Shown here: positions 23,030 through 37,478 of the stretch, piece after piece
How the letters are laid out: each line of letters opens with the position of its first letter
How positions within the stretch are numbered: the first letter of the stretch is position 1
Assembly: GCA_030704615.1 (NCBI GenBank)
Contig: CM060731.1
Location: 34,410,001 to 34,474,000 of the forward strand
DNA length: 64,000 nucleotides
Source: Takakia lepidozioides
Lineage: Eukaryota; Plantae; Bryophyta
Direction of reading: 5' to 3'
Made by a program: the position numbers and the translations under genes
Notes under the pieces: generated by a model
Databases searched by the model: none
Seen by the model: the letters and a program-made list of their open reading frames with translations, nothing else
What the model was told of the DNA's origin: nothing

Positions 23030-26003
23030 TTCCCTTAAGAAGACTTATGAGTACTTTGATTTTGTTTGAGTAGACAAGGCCGAAGGATACGTGGGCTGGA
23101 AATTCCTGTTTGCCGAGGTATTGCGCACAAGAGAAAGAGAATTAGAATAGAGGAGTGCAAAGAAGAGGGGCCAAACGAGAACTGAGAACAGATACGAAGC
23201 AAGATACTTGACCATACTATTCTCCACATATAGGGATATGGCCACGAGCACCAATAGGAGGAAAGTCTCTAGAATCTCGCAGACAGTCTTTCATCGCTTG
23301 CAAGGATACCGCTGGCTTATGAATGTCAAGAAAATATATCAGACGAAGACTGACCATGAATTTCTACAGGGGGATCTCAATGAAATATTACTTCGCACCC
23401 GGCAAATAAGAGGAACAGAGAAGAAAAACATGCTCTCACTTTTCGTCAGGATTTCCTATCGTACAAACGATGGAGTTGAAAACTCTGCGGAAAGAAACCA
23501 TGATCCTTGGGAAACAGACAGAGAGTACCCTGTATTCCGATGCCATAAAAAACTGAGGGGGGTCATCGGTAGCTCTACCAACTATGGCGGGGGAAAATTA
23601 GCTTTCTACACATCCGATGTCAGCTATGGCAGGTTATCGAGGTTGTCTACACACCCTTAGGGAAACCGACGCATTACAGGGAGAGAGCAGGAGTATACCT
23701 GTATCCCTTGCACGAAAATCTCGTCGATCGATTTCAGCTCCAATAATTTAGGAACCTATACCCAAGCATGGCGAGGCTCAGAAGAAGATAAGTGCAAAGC
23801 AGAAATGTGACCATGAAACGCTTAGCAGCACTCAGAGAAGAAAATCACAGGCCATTTGTGAGCGCTTGAGTAAAGGCAACTGGCTCAATCTCGTCAAGAA
23901 CCTCATCCACCATGCCGAATCTCTGCACACAGATGCAGCGCCTGGCAACTAAAGATCTCTGCTCGAGATTCTAGGCTCCAGCCTTCAATGCCGCTCCAGG
24001 GTTACGTGTCCCCAGTGTATACAACGACGAACGTCGGACAAATCCTGACAAACGTCGGACGACCGTCGGACGGAGGCGCACGAACGTCAGAGGGAACATA
24101 AGACGAGATCGGACGAACGTCGGACGGAGTCACTGCTGATTATTGAAGGTACACACTACATACCATGGTGGTCCTGAGTTCAATCCTTCAACATGTGCCT
24201 TCTATGCAAGATTTTCTGTTATTTTTATTCCCATCCATCTTATTATGGTAGAAGGGATAGGGCAAATAGGAAGGTTGGATGAAGTCAGTCCAAAGGAGGG
24301 GTCAACACAAGAATATGACGTGGCGTGATGTGATTGCATAATAAGGGCGTAGAGTAAGGTAGCCACATAAAGTCTAACGCCCTGCGGTTTTACCCTCACA
24401 AGGAAAACTTTTAAAGGCCACGTATTTACCACGAGGACAAGCTTCCATTAGTGTGAGGGATATGCACCGTTGGATGAAGATCTGGAAATCCTGGAATCTG
24501 TTTTATGGCACGCGCCGCGATGTAATTGGGGTTTGATAGGATGGAAGTATTTAACCCGTATACGAGGGGTTTGGTTTGACAGTATTGTCCACAGTAGATT
24601 CGTGTTTGACTGGGAAGTGGAAAGATGGAGCTCGGGGTGACGATGGGAGTGTTGCCCAAGTTTGTACAGTAGTGTGGGGGTGTGATCTTTTACAGGAATC
24701 TTGAGCGATCGCTGCCTGTAGCAATTTTAGCATGTTCCTGGCATTGCGATTGTGATGACAGGGAAGAAGCTGATACAACTCTCGGCGTATTTGATGAAGG
24801 TTAGGGCAAGTTGGGATACGTAGGATTCAAGCTCCGTCTGTGTCCACCGCCAGTTTCTTTCCATTTCATCTCTGTGCAGGGGTTGTGGTCTTTCTCAGCG
24901 GAGGAGATCAGCATTATAGAGCTGCTTCTGCAGCGCGATTATCAGGGCGTTTGATTATGCTTACTAGGGTTCCGCAAAGACTGAGGGACGCCGCGGCTTT
25001 GAATCTCAGTCAGTGAAGGCGGCCTGCCTCTGGTATGTGATCTAGCGTTATTGTTGTTGTTTAACGCATTTTGCGTGTTTGGATGATACAGCTTCTCGTA
25101 AGCGGTCTTGATGAATCATGCCTCTTATTTTGTCTGGAGGTCAGTTGACAGACTATAAAGCTGTTGTGTTAGATTTTCAGCTCTTGCTGGATTAGTAACA
25201 TCACTAAAATCTTAGGGTGTAGATCCGAAGTTGGAATCATGAAGCACCATCTCTTTGGCCAGCCACGGAGGCAGGCCCGATGTTGGCAGGTTTTTAACGA
25301 TTATGTGCATGACTGTGTCTTTCGTGTGCCTAGTGGAGAGTACTCTGTTACCATGAGTTTGGGGGGACTCCAGTAATGCAGTTCTGATGGAGCTCTCCTT
25401 TTTGTTTTGTCTTAAGGGCTACTTGCGTAGCATACCAATGCTCAAACCGTTCCGAATTGTAACTCTTTCTTGATGGCTTGTAATGCTTGGCTAGAGGCTG
25501 AGTTATTGAAGCTTGCTCAGCCACCTGCTCAAAAGTTTCGTTGGGGATTTGGCGCTGAGCTGATGGGGCCTCTTTGGAAAGGGCTTATGTGGGGTTCCAC
25601 TTGGAATTGTAGCGTCTTCACGCATACACTACGAATTGTTTTGATGACTTTGAGTCTGATAGTGCCATGTTCACATGGTACACTGGCCCCTGTCAGTCTG
25701 TATTTCCATGGCAAATACGCCTCCTCAAAAAAAATGCAAGAGTCTGAAAGAAGTCTCCAGTAGTTTCGACCCATATTTAGCTGATTCTATCCTACTTTGT
25801 GGACTTGTACAGTATGTTTCTTTCAGTAATTGATTGCAGTGCTCAGGTAAATTTACAATGGAAGAGATCATGCTTTGAATATGCAGACTGTGATATCGAA
25901 GTTGGGCAAGTTTTGCTGATCTTCTCAGAGTTTCTGGCCGTGCACACTGCTGCTGGATCTGATAAAAAAAACTGTACAACTGACGGTGTGTAGGGTAGTC
26001 ACA

Positions 26004-29000
26004 ATGGGACGGGAGGAAGAAGAGATGGAGGAGGTCAACATTGTGTACAAAACAAAGGTGGTGCAATTTCTTGGTCGTTCGGTGCCCATTATTCTCCAAA
26101 ATGACAATGGACCTTGTCCTCTTCTTGCCATCTGTAAGTGCTTCCCCTTCTCCTTCTTTTCCTCCCTGTTTTATTGATTGTTTTATCGTCATTGTTGGCC
26201 ACATTTCTTTCTGAAAGCACACAGTGGGGCCAAACTGCAGGCAATGTGCTATTGCTGAGGAACAATGTCAGCATTAGTCTGGACATGCCAGAAATCTCTT
26301 TACGCGAATTGTTGTCGCTTGTTGCTGAAAGGCTGCTCGATGCCAACAGCAATGTCGAGGTGAGAAACTTGATGCCTACTGGACTTGTAGTCACTACTTG
26401 TCATGGGTTTCATTCCTTTTCTTTCCAGGCCAATGTTTGCTAGGTTTAATATCGTTAACAAAGGTTGGCTATGTGTCAGCTAGTGCGTTTGCATGGATGC
26501 CTATGCCGTGCCAAATTTTGGTTGCACGGCATTGGGATTCTAGCTTTCTCCAAAAATTTCTATCACGTTGCTACTGCTTATACCCACTCTGCCACCAAAA
26601 CTGACCTGCAGAACAAAGATGACGAGTATGTTAACAACCAGCAGCAAAACATTTCAGATGCCATACAGCTCCTCCCCCGACTGGCCACTGGCATTGATGT
26701 CAATGTTCGCTTTAGACAGTGAAGTTACTAAACCCTTCACCCACTCAGATTATTGGAGTGTTTGCCAAGTAAATGTGTTTACAGAATGCTCATGTGGCCA
26801 GCAAAAGTTATGGAGCCAGTAAGAACTCAACAATACGACTGAAACAGTCTTCTGATTCGAGTGGTGAGGACACTTTTGCAGCATACATGACTTTGAGTTC
26901 ACGCCAGAATGTGCTCTTTTTGATCTGTTCGACATTGGCCTCGTGCATGGCTGGCTTTGTGACCCTCAGGTACAGACTCCACTTGTCCTTCCTTAGCACT
27001 GTGTCTTCGGTTTATGTCTGATCGTTATTGCAGGGCTGCTATTTAGACTTGAGTTGTCCAAGGAAGTTGCATGGTTATGGGTTAGGGTTCCGAAGGGTTT
27101 CAATCAGAATGTGCTGCTGGCTTTTTGGGAGTTCTAAGAAAAATGCAGTAACATTTTCTGTGACGGGAACTAGCAGTTCAAAATGATTTATCTCGAAAGC
27201 TTTTTGATGAGGAGAGATAAAATGATGTGGCTACGGACAGGGCAGACATGAATGGCTTGCTGATGCCCACTCCCAAAGAGAGACATAAAAGGCACCAAAC
27301 GAAAATATAATAAGTGGCTCTGAAATTCCTCGGTGTCATGGTCCTGGAGTAGACCTGTCAAAATAGATAAGGAGTGAAGATGGGAAACAGAAAGTGAGTA
27401 GTTGTAAAAGCTCGGTTTGCTCCACATCCCCAGGATGAGGAGACGAGCCAAGTGATAGCAGCCAACTCTTACAACACCCTTGTAGAGAAGCTGGTGGCAC
27501 TGCAAGCTAGCAAGGCCGAGTTGGCCGCAGACACTGCAGAAGAACCCACGGTCGACTTTGCAGCAGCAACAACTGCAGCACTAGGTGTGCCCACCCCATC
27601 TGCCAGTCAGCTTTGGTCCAGTGAGACATCATTTGAAGAATTGACTAATGAGTTGAATCAAGCGGCTTCCAACCAAGCAGCTATTGAACGAAGGAGGAGG
27701 GGAGACGATGAAGAAGCTGCTGAGCTTTTGCAGGTAAGGTTGCACTGCTTGATATCATGTCTGCCTCAGAAGCCTTCCCAGATGTCTGCCAAGCAGTAGT
27801 TGACTAGAATAGTTTAATGGGCAGAAGGTGAGGGGTGGTTTGCCGAGTTGCAACTCACCGCCACTTGTCTGCATTTCTTTCTACCTACATAGAATATCTA
27901 ATCAGCAATTAAATCAGAGGTAGCGTACTCATCATATTTAACAGGCCCAAGTCTGCTGGGCACTCTGAAGCAACTTGACATCCATTGTTGTGCTTCCATC
28001 CCTGTCATATTCCTTCAACTACAAGTTGTGGTGGGCGCACATGTGCACTAGGTTGTCGTGCAGTTGGAGGACTTTACTGAAGTTGAAACTGGTTGCACGA
28101 AATCTCAGTGGTACATTTCTGCAGGAGAGCCCTTACCAGTTCCTATCACAGTATTCGGAGTTGCTGATATTATCTAAAAACATATTTAACTTCTTAAGGA
28201 AATCCTCACATCAATCTCTAGTCACTCGGAATAATGTTATAATGGCTATGTGCGAATGTGTGTGCCAATCTGGATGCAGGCATTGCACCTGTCACAGAGT
28301 CAGTTCCCAAATGGAACGGCATTGCTTTCCCCTGAAGAGGATGGTCTGTCAAGAGAGGATGATGGAGATCTTGAGACCCAGTTACCGGGCTATGGTACCT
28401 TCACTCCTCTGTCTGAGGTATCCATGAGTTCTGTTGGGGATCCGCTCAATCAACTTGAAGTCATTGAAATGCCTTTTCAAGTTGCTAATCTGGGAACACT
28501 TGAAGGAGCTGGTTTGTACGAGTCTGATCTTAATACTATGGGGAGTGTAAGTTCTGTTCCACAGGGTGGAATCTATCTGCCAAAAGCAGGGCCAGAGGAA
28601 CTGGGAGTGCCCACTCTTAGACTCTGGTTGGGAGATGAGAAGTCCGTGGTAGAGGATGGCCTAGTGTCAACACTGCAAGAGACAACCACACCTTCAACTG
28701 CCCATGAGGGAGGTTTCAATGGGTCCTCAGACACCAAAGCCAGCACTTCCATTTTTACACTGGGTGATGAAGTCAACCGGGCTGTTAATCCTTTAGATGT
28801 CAGCGAAGAAGAAAGCAGCGAGAGCCAGAGAGAAGGAATGACAGAAATTCTGGAGTTCAGCCCTGAACATCCGGAAGAAGGGGCTACGCCACCAGGGTCA
28901 GTGAACAGTCAGCGAAATGACAAGCAGACAGGTTTGCAGAGTGTTTTTCAGGTAGATGGAACCAGTGAATTTGGGACTGGAAAAACAGAAGAAGGGCCAT

Positions 29001-32000
29001 CTTCCATCAACGACAGATGTCTTGGAGGGGAGCAGACAGGTTATCCCATTGGAGACAACAGAACGCAAGATTTTGCAAACGGCAGCCATGGAAGCTCAAG
29101 GAGCTTGGGGAGCTCAGGATTGGAAAGTGAAGAACCTCTCTATGAAGGGGAAGATGATCTTGCCAATCAAGGGGGTTCAAACTACGGTGATACTGAACCT
29201 CTTTATGAGGGGGAGGCTATCTTAGCAGAACAAGCCATGGGGTCGGGGAGGTCTTCCAGTGGGCAATTGATTGATTACGGAGTGGGGCCTGCGATGCAAA
29301 TTAGTACGGCTGCTGATGAGGAAGGTGAGCTGTAATTAACAGGCATTTCCATTTGAATCTGGGATTTCGAGAGTAGTTGCAGTCACTAGGTCTGGCAGTT
29401 TTCCGCTACTCCATGCATATACATGATTTTTGAAGTAACCTTGAATATTGGTGATTCCACATCTCCTCTTGGATGGAGTTGGCTGCACTGCCTGACCACG
29501 TGCACCACCTCCATTTGGTTGCCCAGATAAGTCAATTAGGGTAGCTGACTCTCTACCAGCTGAAGAGAGAATTTGACCTCATTAATATACATCATGGTTT
29601 TCCCTTAAGGGTAGGAAATGCGCTAGAAAGAGACTGCACGGTGGTGAAGTCGTCTGAATTGTGGTAAGGCGTACATCTAGTTGTTAAGTTGATTAATAAG
29701 CTCAGTCATGCGAGGGCCATTTGAATCCGCCATTTGAATCCGCGCCTAACAATTTGTTTTCAGGGTACGTCAGCACTTCACTTTATGAGCAAAACTGTCA
29801 CACTGATGTGATGATTGAATAGACCGTCTTTCCTCAATTTTTTCATTGGAATTGTGTTATGCTGCAATCCCAAGAAAAGGCATGATAGCATCTAGAGGAT
29901 GGTGTGATTAAGACCTTGCCTAAAAGCAAATCTGAAATGCATGGCTACAAATTTGACATGGAGTTTGTTTGTGAAGAACGAGATCCTGATGCATTTCTTC
30001 TCTTTCCTTGCAGGGAAAACAATTGAAAGCTTCCTAAATGGCAACGCCAGCCAGCTTACTTACTATGGGTAAGTTTCTAATGGTACAGTGGTATAGGCAT
30101 CTCAGGTGGGTTATCTGCTTTGGCTCTCTGTTTCATGCCAGCTACTTATCTTGTAATAACCCCAGTTTGAACATATGACTGTTATTTAAAGTCTAATACC
30201 CATGGTACAGAACCTTAACTTGACTTTTCTGTCGCATTTTTCTTGAATGTCCTTTGGTATTTGTTTTGAGTTCACATAGCAGGCCTGTATGTAGAAATGA
30301 CCCACTGCATTTCACTTCCACATGGAAGAGCCTTGTTGCTAGGCAGTTATTCAGGCCTCTATGTTCTATTTAGGGAGTCTTTGGGAGTTTCTCTGAAGTG
30401 ATTCGTTGGGCCTCTTTTCTGGGTAAACCCTGCATCAGGAGAATCATGGTTGCTACCAGGAAGTTGCTTTCCCCATCGACAACCACTTATCATGGAAGAT
30501 GTTGCACCTGTATATTAATCTGGGTACCTTATTTCTGCATTTTCCATACAAGGGTCAATTTGTGGCACAGTTGCTGTGATTGTCAAGCAGCAATGGAAGT
30601 TATGGGAGGATACTTGGTTGTTTCTTACTGTCTCGTGTATGTTGGATGTCACAGGCTCTTCAGCTTGCAGGAGGGTCTGAAGGAGCGTGAACTTTGTGTG
30701 TTTTTCCGCAACAACCATTTCAGTACCATGTTCAAGGTACTGTAGAGGTCTTATCTTGCTGAAGGTCTGAGATACTGTGGCACAATTTCTGGAGATTAAA
30801 AAAGCTCATCCAAAGAACTTGTGAGGGTGGTGCTCTTTACTAGTTGCACGAAGTTTGCTGCCCTGAAAGGAATGGTCATTTCTATCCAAACTGGAAGAAA
30901 TAGTAAACGCCTCAGTTGAACATGTTGTGATTCACTCATAGGATAATAAAACCAAATGGATGAGTCTTTGGAGGTGTGATGTTAGTAGTTTTGGTACGTG
31001 GGCAGAAACAAGGCCTGCATTCGAAAGTCTCGAACCACCGCAACAACTAAGAGAATATGGTTGCAAATCTGCACATATCCACCCTTTGAAAATTGTTGTG
31101 GAATATTTTGCTGCAGTTCAAAGGAAGCTTGTACTTACTGGCTACTGACCAGGGCTACTTAAACCAGCCTGACCTGGTCTGGGAGAAGCTGAATACGGTG
31201 TGTTTTCCCACTCTATCTCTCTGTCTCTCACACTCTCCTCCCCACTTGATTACACCTTCATATGCTCTTTCTTGTTGCACCAAAAGCGCTCTTGTATGGT
31301 ACTATGTGCTGGCTAATGTTATTTGTTTGTAGGTGTCATCGTTTCTGCCAACATGGAAGTTAATCGTCACATTCCACAGAAACATCTTTCATGTCCCTGT
31401 CCAAAACCAACTTCAATATTTGACCTCTGGCCACCTGCTGTGGGTACAAAATGGCAGACGAGTTCACTTTTCCCCTGCTTGGAAATATGTTGTTTGCATT
31501 GTTTTGGTTTGTTACATATGATGTGTTTCCTGACCTATTGTTGTCTGTGACAGGTTGATGGGGATTCAGTTTTCACAACAGGGAACTTCTTGGTATTTAA
31601 AGCAGACCAACAGAACAGCTCCTGGAATGAGCAAGATGCAGTGGCCGCCACTGCAGTATGTGTTTCTGGGCCTGAGATATGTGCAATAGTGTTATTCATG
31701 CTTCCTTAAGCTCATGTATGAGAGAGATGGTTTGTGGGTGTGTTTTGTGTCTACCTGCCCTGCCTAATGAGGCAGGGTGCAAACACTGATTTGTGGCGTG
31801 TTGTTGGTCAGTGTATTGTATGAATTGTTTCCTATCATCCTTTTTATGAGGTGGAATTTCTCGGTTGGGTATGGGTGGGGGCCTACCCTGTCTGGGAGGG
31901 TATACACTCAGTACTAAGGTTTGTTCAATGGAGTTTTAGACCTTTTAACGGGATGGAACCTGTGACTGGTCCTTTGCAATACCACACCACATGATGCTGG

Positions 32001-32876
32001 TGCATGACAGCTTTTTACGGGAGTACAAGAAACTATGAATCTCTTTCTTTCACCTCAAGTAAGTTGCCAGAGTTCTCATTCCTTAACTGTTTTGTGGGGT
32101 GTGGGGTAATCTTCAGGACTACATGTCATCACATACCATGAAAGGTGCAGATCAAGGAGGCCATGCCAACTACAAGTATGCCCTTACCTCCTTTCATCCC
32201 TTTATGATGATTCATGCTTTTGATAGGACCTCAGGTGTGCTTGCTGACGGTCATAATTTACAAATACAGAAAGTTGCAGTTGTAACCGTCCCCAACAAGA
32301 ATGGATCGATTGTCTCCACAAATTGACCACTTTCCATGTGCCCTTGCTCATCACAGCTCAGATCTACAGCTAGCCATGGCATTACAGCAGCAAGAGTTGG
32401 AGCATCAACAACAACAGCAATCGCGACCTGCGAGCAATAGTCCCTCTCCTGCATCTACTCAAGCAGGGTCCCGGCCAACTTCTGCCCTTGGCCCAGGTCG
32501 CATGATTACTGTATGTTACCCTCCAAACCCCTCGTTTCCATGTGATATCAAACTTTTGGCTGAGCGAGTCTATGATACAATAGATCCTCCTGAATGTAGC
32601 TACATAGCTGGGAGACTGTAGGCAAAAGTTTTAGGAGCTTTGTGCAAGACTTGTTGGGGCGTACTGTTTTGCTGTTCTCACGTATGTCGTTGCACTGCTG
32701 GGTTCGGGTTCTGTAGAGACAGACAGACAGACAGACCATATTTCAATGTTGTGTCCAGGATGTCTAGATTGAAGGAATGTGACAAGCAGTGAGATTTGAG
32801 CTGTGCAGGGACCAGCAAGAGCCTCTGCCCCCAAACCAGAAACCACCAAGGCCAAGGAGAAGTGTACCATAATGTA
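26004..32876 (+). CDS. MINDY1: MINDY-family (DUF544) K48 deubiquitinase, about 13 exons
   Basis: Catalytic QNDNGPCPLLAICNVLLL and FFRNNHFSTMFK, plus LYLLATDQGY, LVWEKL and the MIU-like SDLQLAMALQQQE. Approximate exons: 26004-26133, 26241-26359, 26612-26718, 26882-26969, 27433-27733, 28279-29324, 30013-30068, 30655-30736, 31116-31197, 31554-31655, 32118-32174, 32357-32510, 32809-32876. The CAAX end KEKCTIM needs a 1-bp correction. Confidence 0.93.
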
Positions 32877-34194
32877 GGCAAGCTGGAGGAATCTCGCTGG
32901 CAGCTTGTTCATTCTGAACAAATTATCAATTTGTATCGATTAGTAAATACTTCTATCAAATTGTCCTTGTATTGGTAATCTGTGGGCTCCTTGTTCCCCG
33001 CACACACACGCAATATGTACATACAAGCTAATTACTTGGGAGATGTCTGTTTTGGAGGTCAATTAGTGGCGGGAACATCAAATTTTTCCAGAAAATGAGA
33101 TAGATGCCTAGTGGCATTGTGTGTGTTGGGGGGTGCTGAGGCTGGCAGGGATGTAACCAGTATTTAGCCTGTGCAGGCTGTGTCATGATGGATTCTGAGG
33201 TCAATTGTAAAGCCATGGTCACATGCAGTGACATGTCACAGTGGGAAATCTCTATGGTGTGGTCTTGCGGACCTGAATGTCATGAGGACAGCAACCCAGA
33301 ACTAGTCGCAGGCTGTAACTGAGGAACACACTCCAGCCCCACACATTTTCATCTTGCCTTGAGAGAGAGAAGACTCTGGGCTGAAGCCAGCCTAACTCAG
33401 AGCCACTTCACATTGTGGCCACTTATCCCTGTTGGGGGTGGACTTTATATAGAAAAAGTAGGACCGGTCTTCTAGGCTGGCTGATTATTCTCAAGTTCTC
33501 TTGTGTTGGTAATGATGATTGGAAGGGAAGTCTTGCCTTGATATCCTACTATGAAACTCTGCTAGGGCTCCAAGGATTTTTTCTTTCTTCTGCCTAGTTC
33601 TTGTTATTGGTGGTGCGGAGTCTAGATGTCTTGCAGAAAAGATGCATCCCCTTCCTAAAGGCTCACCTCTACACCTTGTATTGAACGGTACAGAGCAGGA
33701 AATACTGCCATGGTCATGCCAGATTCAACCCAGCACCTTTTCCTGGAAGTGTTTGCTGCAAGTGTGGTGTTTTCAATTGATGGAGCATGTTCCAGACCCC
33801 AGACGTATTAACCAGTTAACCAAAGCAAAGAAGAGTCCTGGCAGCCATGGGTGCAGAACTCTGTAGCTCCCAACGTAGGATATGGTAGCTGAGGATGTGC
33901 TTATGCTTAGCTGGACTTGGACCCAGGAACTGAAGTCCTTGATCTTTCAAGCCTGAAGACGTGTGCCATATGTATTCACGGGAAGTTATATCCGGTTTCT
34001 GCTGCTGAGTAGAAAATGCTGATATTATTTCTCAAGTGAAAGAGAAACTTTCAACTTTACATTGGGCTGCCAAGTGGCAAATGGGGGGTACATGTGGAGG
34101 GACTTCTTACAGAGATCCCTGTCCAAAATATATAGCGCCAACCGTAGTTAGTGTTAATAAGAGCCTCTTCCCTTTGTGGGTACTGGGCACCATA

Positions 34195-34370
34195 GAAACC
34201 AGATGGTCACTTATTTAGGGAATAAATTAGGGATTGTTTGTGAAGAAGAGGTGAAAAAAAACTTGAGCTCTACCATTGTCAAACTTCTTAAGGTTTCTGT
34301 TATTGAAGAAGAGGTGAAAAAAAACCAGATGGTCATCATGAATGCTTATTTAGGGTTTGTTTGTGAAGCC
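34195..34370 (+). repeat. Detached satellite fragment, inverted relative to the main array
   Basis: Near-exact reverse complement of about 39005-39170, including the variant AATCCCTAATTTATTCCCTA. Confidence 0.88.
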
Positions 34371-34795
34371 ATAGGCATGACTCTCTTGAACAACTCTGCC
34401 CGCTGGGCACATACTTGTGTCCACACATCCGGATCATCAAGATTGAGGACTACTGCAGTTTCCTTGGGAATAGATGTAGGCTAATCTGGCTCTCGGCCAA
34501 AGAGAAGGAAATAAGGCGAGAACAAGGCAAGTGATGTTTGCTTGCTAAACCTGTAGCCCATGGCCAACCAAGGTCCCAATCTCCCAAGTGTCCCTTCCGC
34601 AAGCCATACTTGCGCAACCCTCGATTGACTGTTTGTACAATCCTCTCTACCAGGCCATCAGCCTCGGGATGATCCCGAGAAGTAGTGCGGTGGTCTATCA
34701 ATGCTTGCTCACACAAAGCCTAAAACTCCCTCAAGAATTCTCTCCCTTGGTCCGTGAGTACCTCGGCTGGAGCACCAAATTGGCTAAGCACTCGA
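34370..34795 (-). mobile_element. Ty3/Gypsy integrase core fragment, degenerate
   Basis: FGAPAEVLTDQGREF...IDHRTTSRDHPEADGLVERIVQTV, the second D and the E of the DDE motif. Confidence 0.88.
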
Positions 34796-36530
34796 TCTTC
34801 TGTTTTCCAGACGTTCAATAAACTGACACTGAAAAGTTATTCATCTTATATGACCTTAAGACTTGAGACCTTATATTTGGAGTTGTCAAACTTCTTAATT
34901 ATGTCGGGTTATATGAAGTTCATGAATTATGGGATGTTTGTAATGGAGGAGAAGATGTGACCATGCGTCTACCTGAGAGGTTGGGCGTGGCTATTATGCA
35001 GTGTTTATTAAGGTATAATAAAGGCTAAATCAAGTGCCATTTTTGGTTATCCACGCATGTCCATATCGAAATTGTACAGTTTGATTAATTTTCCGAGGAG
35101 TAATTACGCAGGATATTCAAAAGTGGTGTGGGAATTTGTATAGGTGTTGGACCCCTAGGTAGTAGATGTGCTCTTTGGTTCATTCACAAGAAATGTATGC
35201 AAATCACGTATGTCTAGGAGCCATGTCTAAGAGTCAAGCTTAGGTTGATGCCACCCAAAATGGGCATGTGCGTGTTAAGTGGATTGAGTCGTTTGAGGAG
35301 TTGGTAGTAGAATGAATGGCTCCAAATTGGCCCAATTGGTTTGCTTATACCTCATTACCCACAATGCCTATGTAAGAGCGAACTTTGTGTATGAGAATTT
35401 CTAGCAATGATGTGGAAACCACATCGATGATTGCTTTGATAAGATTAAGATCAATAGGAAGGTTTCGGTTTATAAAGAGGCAGCAAGAGACCAAGCTATC
35501 CATCAAAAAGTAATAGGTTGGAAGAGATTGGCATGCACAAGTAGGAATCTTGTCCGTTTGAACTGCAATCTATGCGACTGGTTGTCCAAAGGCACTCATC
35601 CTACGACTGTAAGTCACAACAAACACTATTTTGCCACGGTGGCATTGAAAGAAGTTATGTGCCATATTCCGGGTTGGGCACCCATTTTTGGCCATTTAAT
35701 GAAGAAAACAAAAAGTAATAATTATAAATATCTCAAATTGGTGAGTTGTTTTAACTACTTCAGTTGCGACTATAAATTGTTGTTATGTGTTTCATAGTGC
35801 GGTGAGTCCGCGCTTCATTTTAACCACTTCATTTTAACCACCCGTTCTGCAACTACCACAAATAAAATATTCGGATTATGTGGTACGTGGATGATTACGT
35901 CAAGGTTACTTGTTGTAGACTACTCCTTATCGGCTACGTGAACATGGCAGGTTGATGTTACATCGAGTTGCGGGCAACCGGCTATAGCAGGTCAGTACAT
36001 GTACCTACCCGTTTCTACCTTCCTTCCCGTTTGTCACCCTACCCCCTTGTTGATGTGAACGATTTAAGTTTTGGTGCAGTGCTTTGTTGTCTATGATGAT
36101 TATGCCATTCAAGCCAACACCAGTATATGCTCAAGCTTAGGCTTCTGATGCTGTTGATTACCAAGAAGAATGACGATTTTTGTACCGAATTTCAATGCTC
36201 CAATTGGCAATCTAGTGTTTCATTTCCATTTTGATGATGCTGCACAGGCTAAAGAATACTTCTTTGGCAATGAAATGGATTGTTGTTGATAGTCGGCAAT
36301 TCATGAAGCAGATACTCATTCTTCGTACAATGAATGACACTCATTCATCCAATAAAACTTGTGACGATCATTCCTATGAAGAATCTGAAGTGCACAATTT
36401 CGGTTGAGTATTCAATCTCATGTTGAGCATAGCATCATGTTGTTCATCAACGAGGAGAGGAGGGAGGTTCTGGAGAGGAGACGGGTTATGAAAATTCGTG
36501 GACCAATGAGGACGCAGCTTTCTACCTACT

Positions 36531-37390
36531 TGTTAAGCTCAGTAGGTCGTAAATGAGAAGAAGGTCACAGGTATTAGCGGGATCAAACCTATCTCCTATA
36601 TTCATGGCCTTATGCAAGTGGCTGGCAACCAGCATAAGGCTCTCCGCATTTCTCTATCTCGTAAAGTTGTTCTTATCTGATCCTCATTAGTGTAGGTATG
36701 TAGAGTAGTCAGGGCCACATTAGATTAGGTAGGTGGAGTAGTTAAGACTTTCAGGATATAAATATTCCTTTGTGTATTGTGTTCATCGCTCTCGAATGCA
36801 GATTTCTCATGGTATCAGAGTTTGGAACTTAGCTTAGACTAGTAGTGTTTTTGCACAGAGTAGTATTATGCACAAACTCCCAGGGTTGATACAGTTCAAT
36901 CTGTAATAGGAGGGTCTAGGGTGAAGTTGCACTTGCACGACCAAATTACATGTCTAACACTAGGCTTGGGTCCGCAAGACAAAAACGTAGATATTTTCTT
37001 GTTCTGTGCAGTACATGTATTATTTCCTCGTCTATTATTCTTTCAACATATTTATTTTATGAACTCATTCTACAATCACAGTAGATAGAATAATTAGACC
37101 ATAGTTCATTAGGTTGGGTTTTGAATCATCATTCTCTGAGCTTCACAAATTAGAAGGAGTCTCAAACTACGTCACTTGGAAATTTAGAATCCAGAGTATT
37201 CTGAAACGTGAAGATTTTGGGAACTAGTCGAGCCAAAGCCATTCCCCACTATCCCCAGCTCAACGGTTAGTGCTATTGCTACAAGTGTCACCTCCGACAT
37301 CGCCTCCCAAACAAGCTCCATGGACAATGTCATACTCAGAAAGCAGAATCGCAAGGCCTTATCCATCATCAAGTTGTCTGTGAAACATCT
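36531..37390 (+). mobile_element. 5' portion of a Ty1/Copia LTR retrotransposon (LTR, PBS, gag start)
   Basis: TG...CA LTR about 36531-36809, tRNA-iMet PBS TGGTATCAGAG at 36810-36820, and gag N-terminus KLEGVSNYVTWKFRIQSILKRED(L)WELV...RKALSIIKLSV at about 37148-37385, which is then truncated. Confidence 0.82.
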
Positions 37391-37478
37391 GTCGTGCACC
37401 TAAGCATCGTGCCACAACATACATCGTTGTCGGCCACCATACATTCTAAGCACACAATCCTAGAAAGCTATGCCACAA

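Noticed and set aside
35760-35799. CACTA right terminus (CATAGTG)
   Set aside because: No matching left TIR or 3-bp TSD found in the window.
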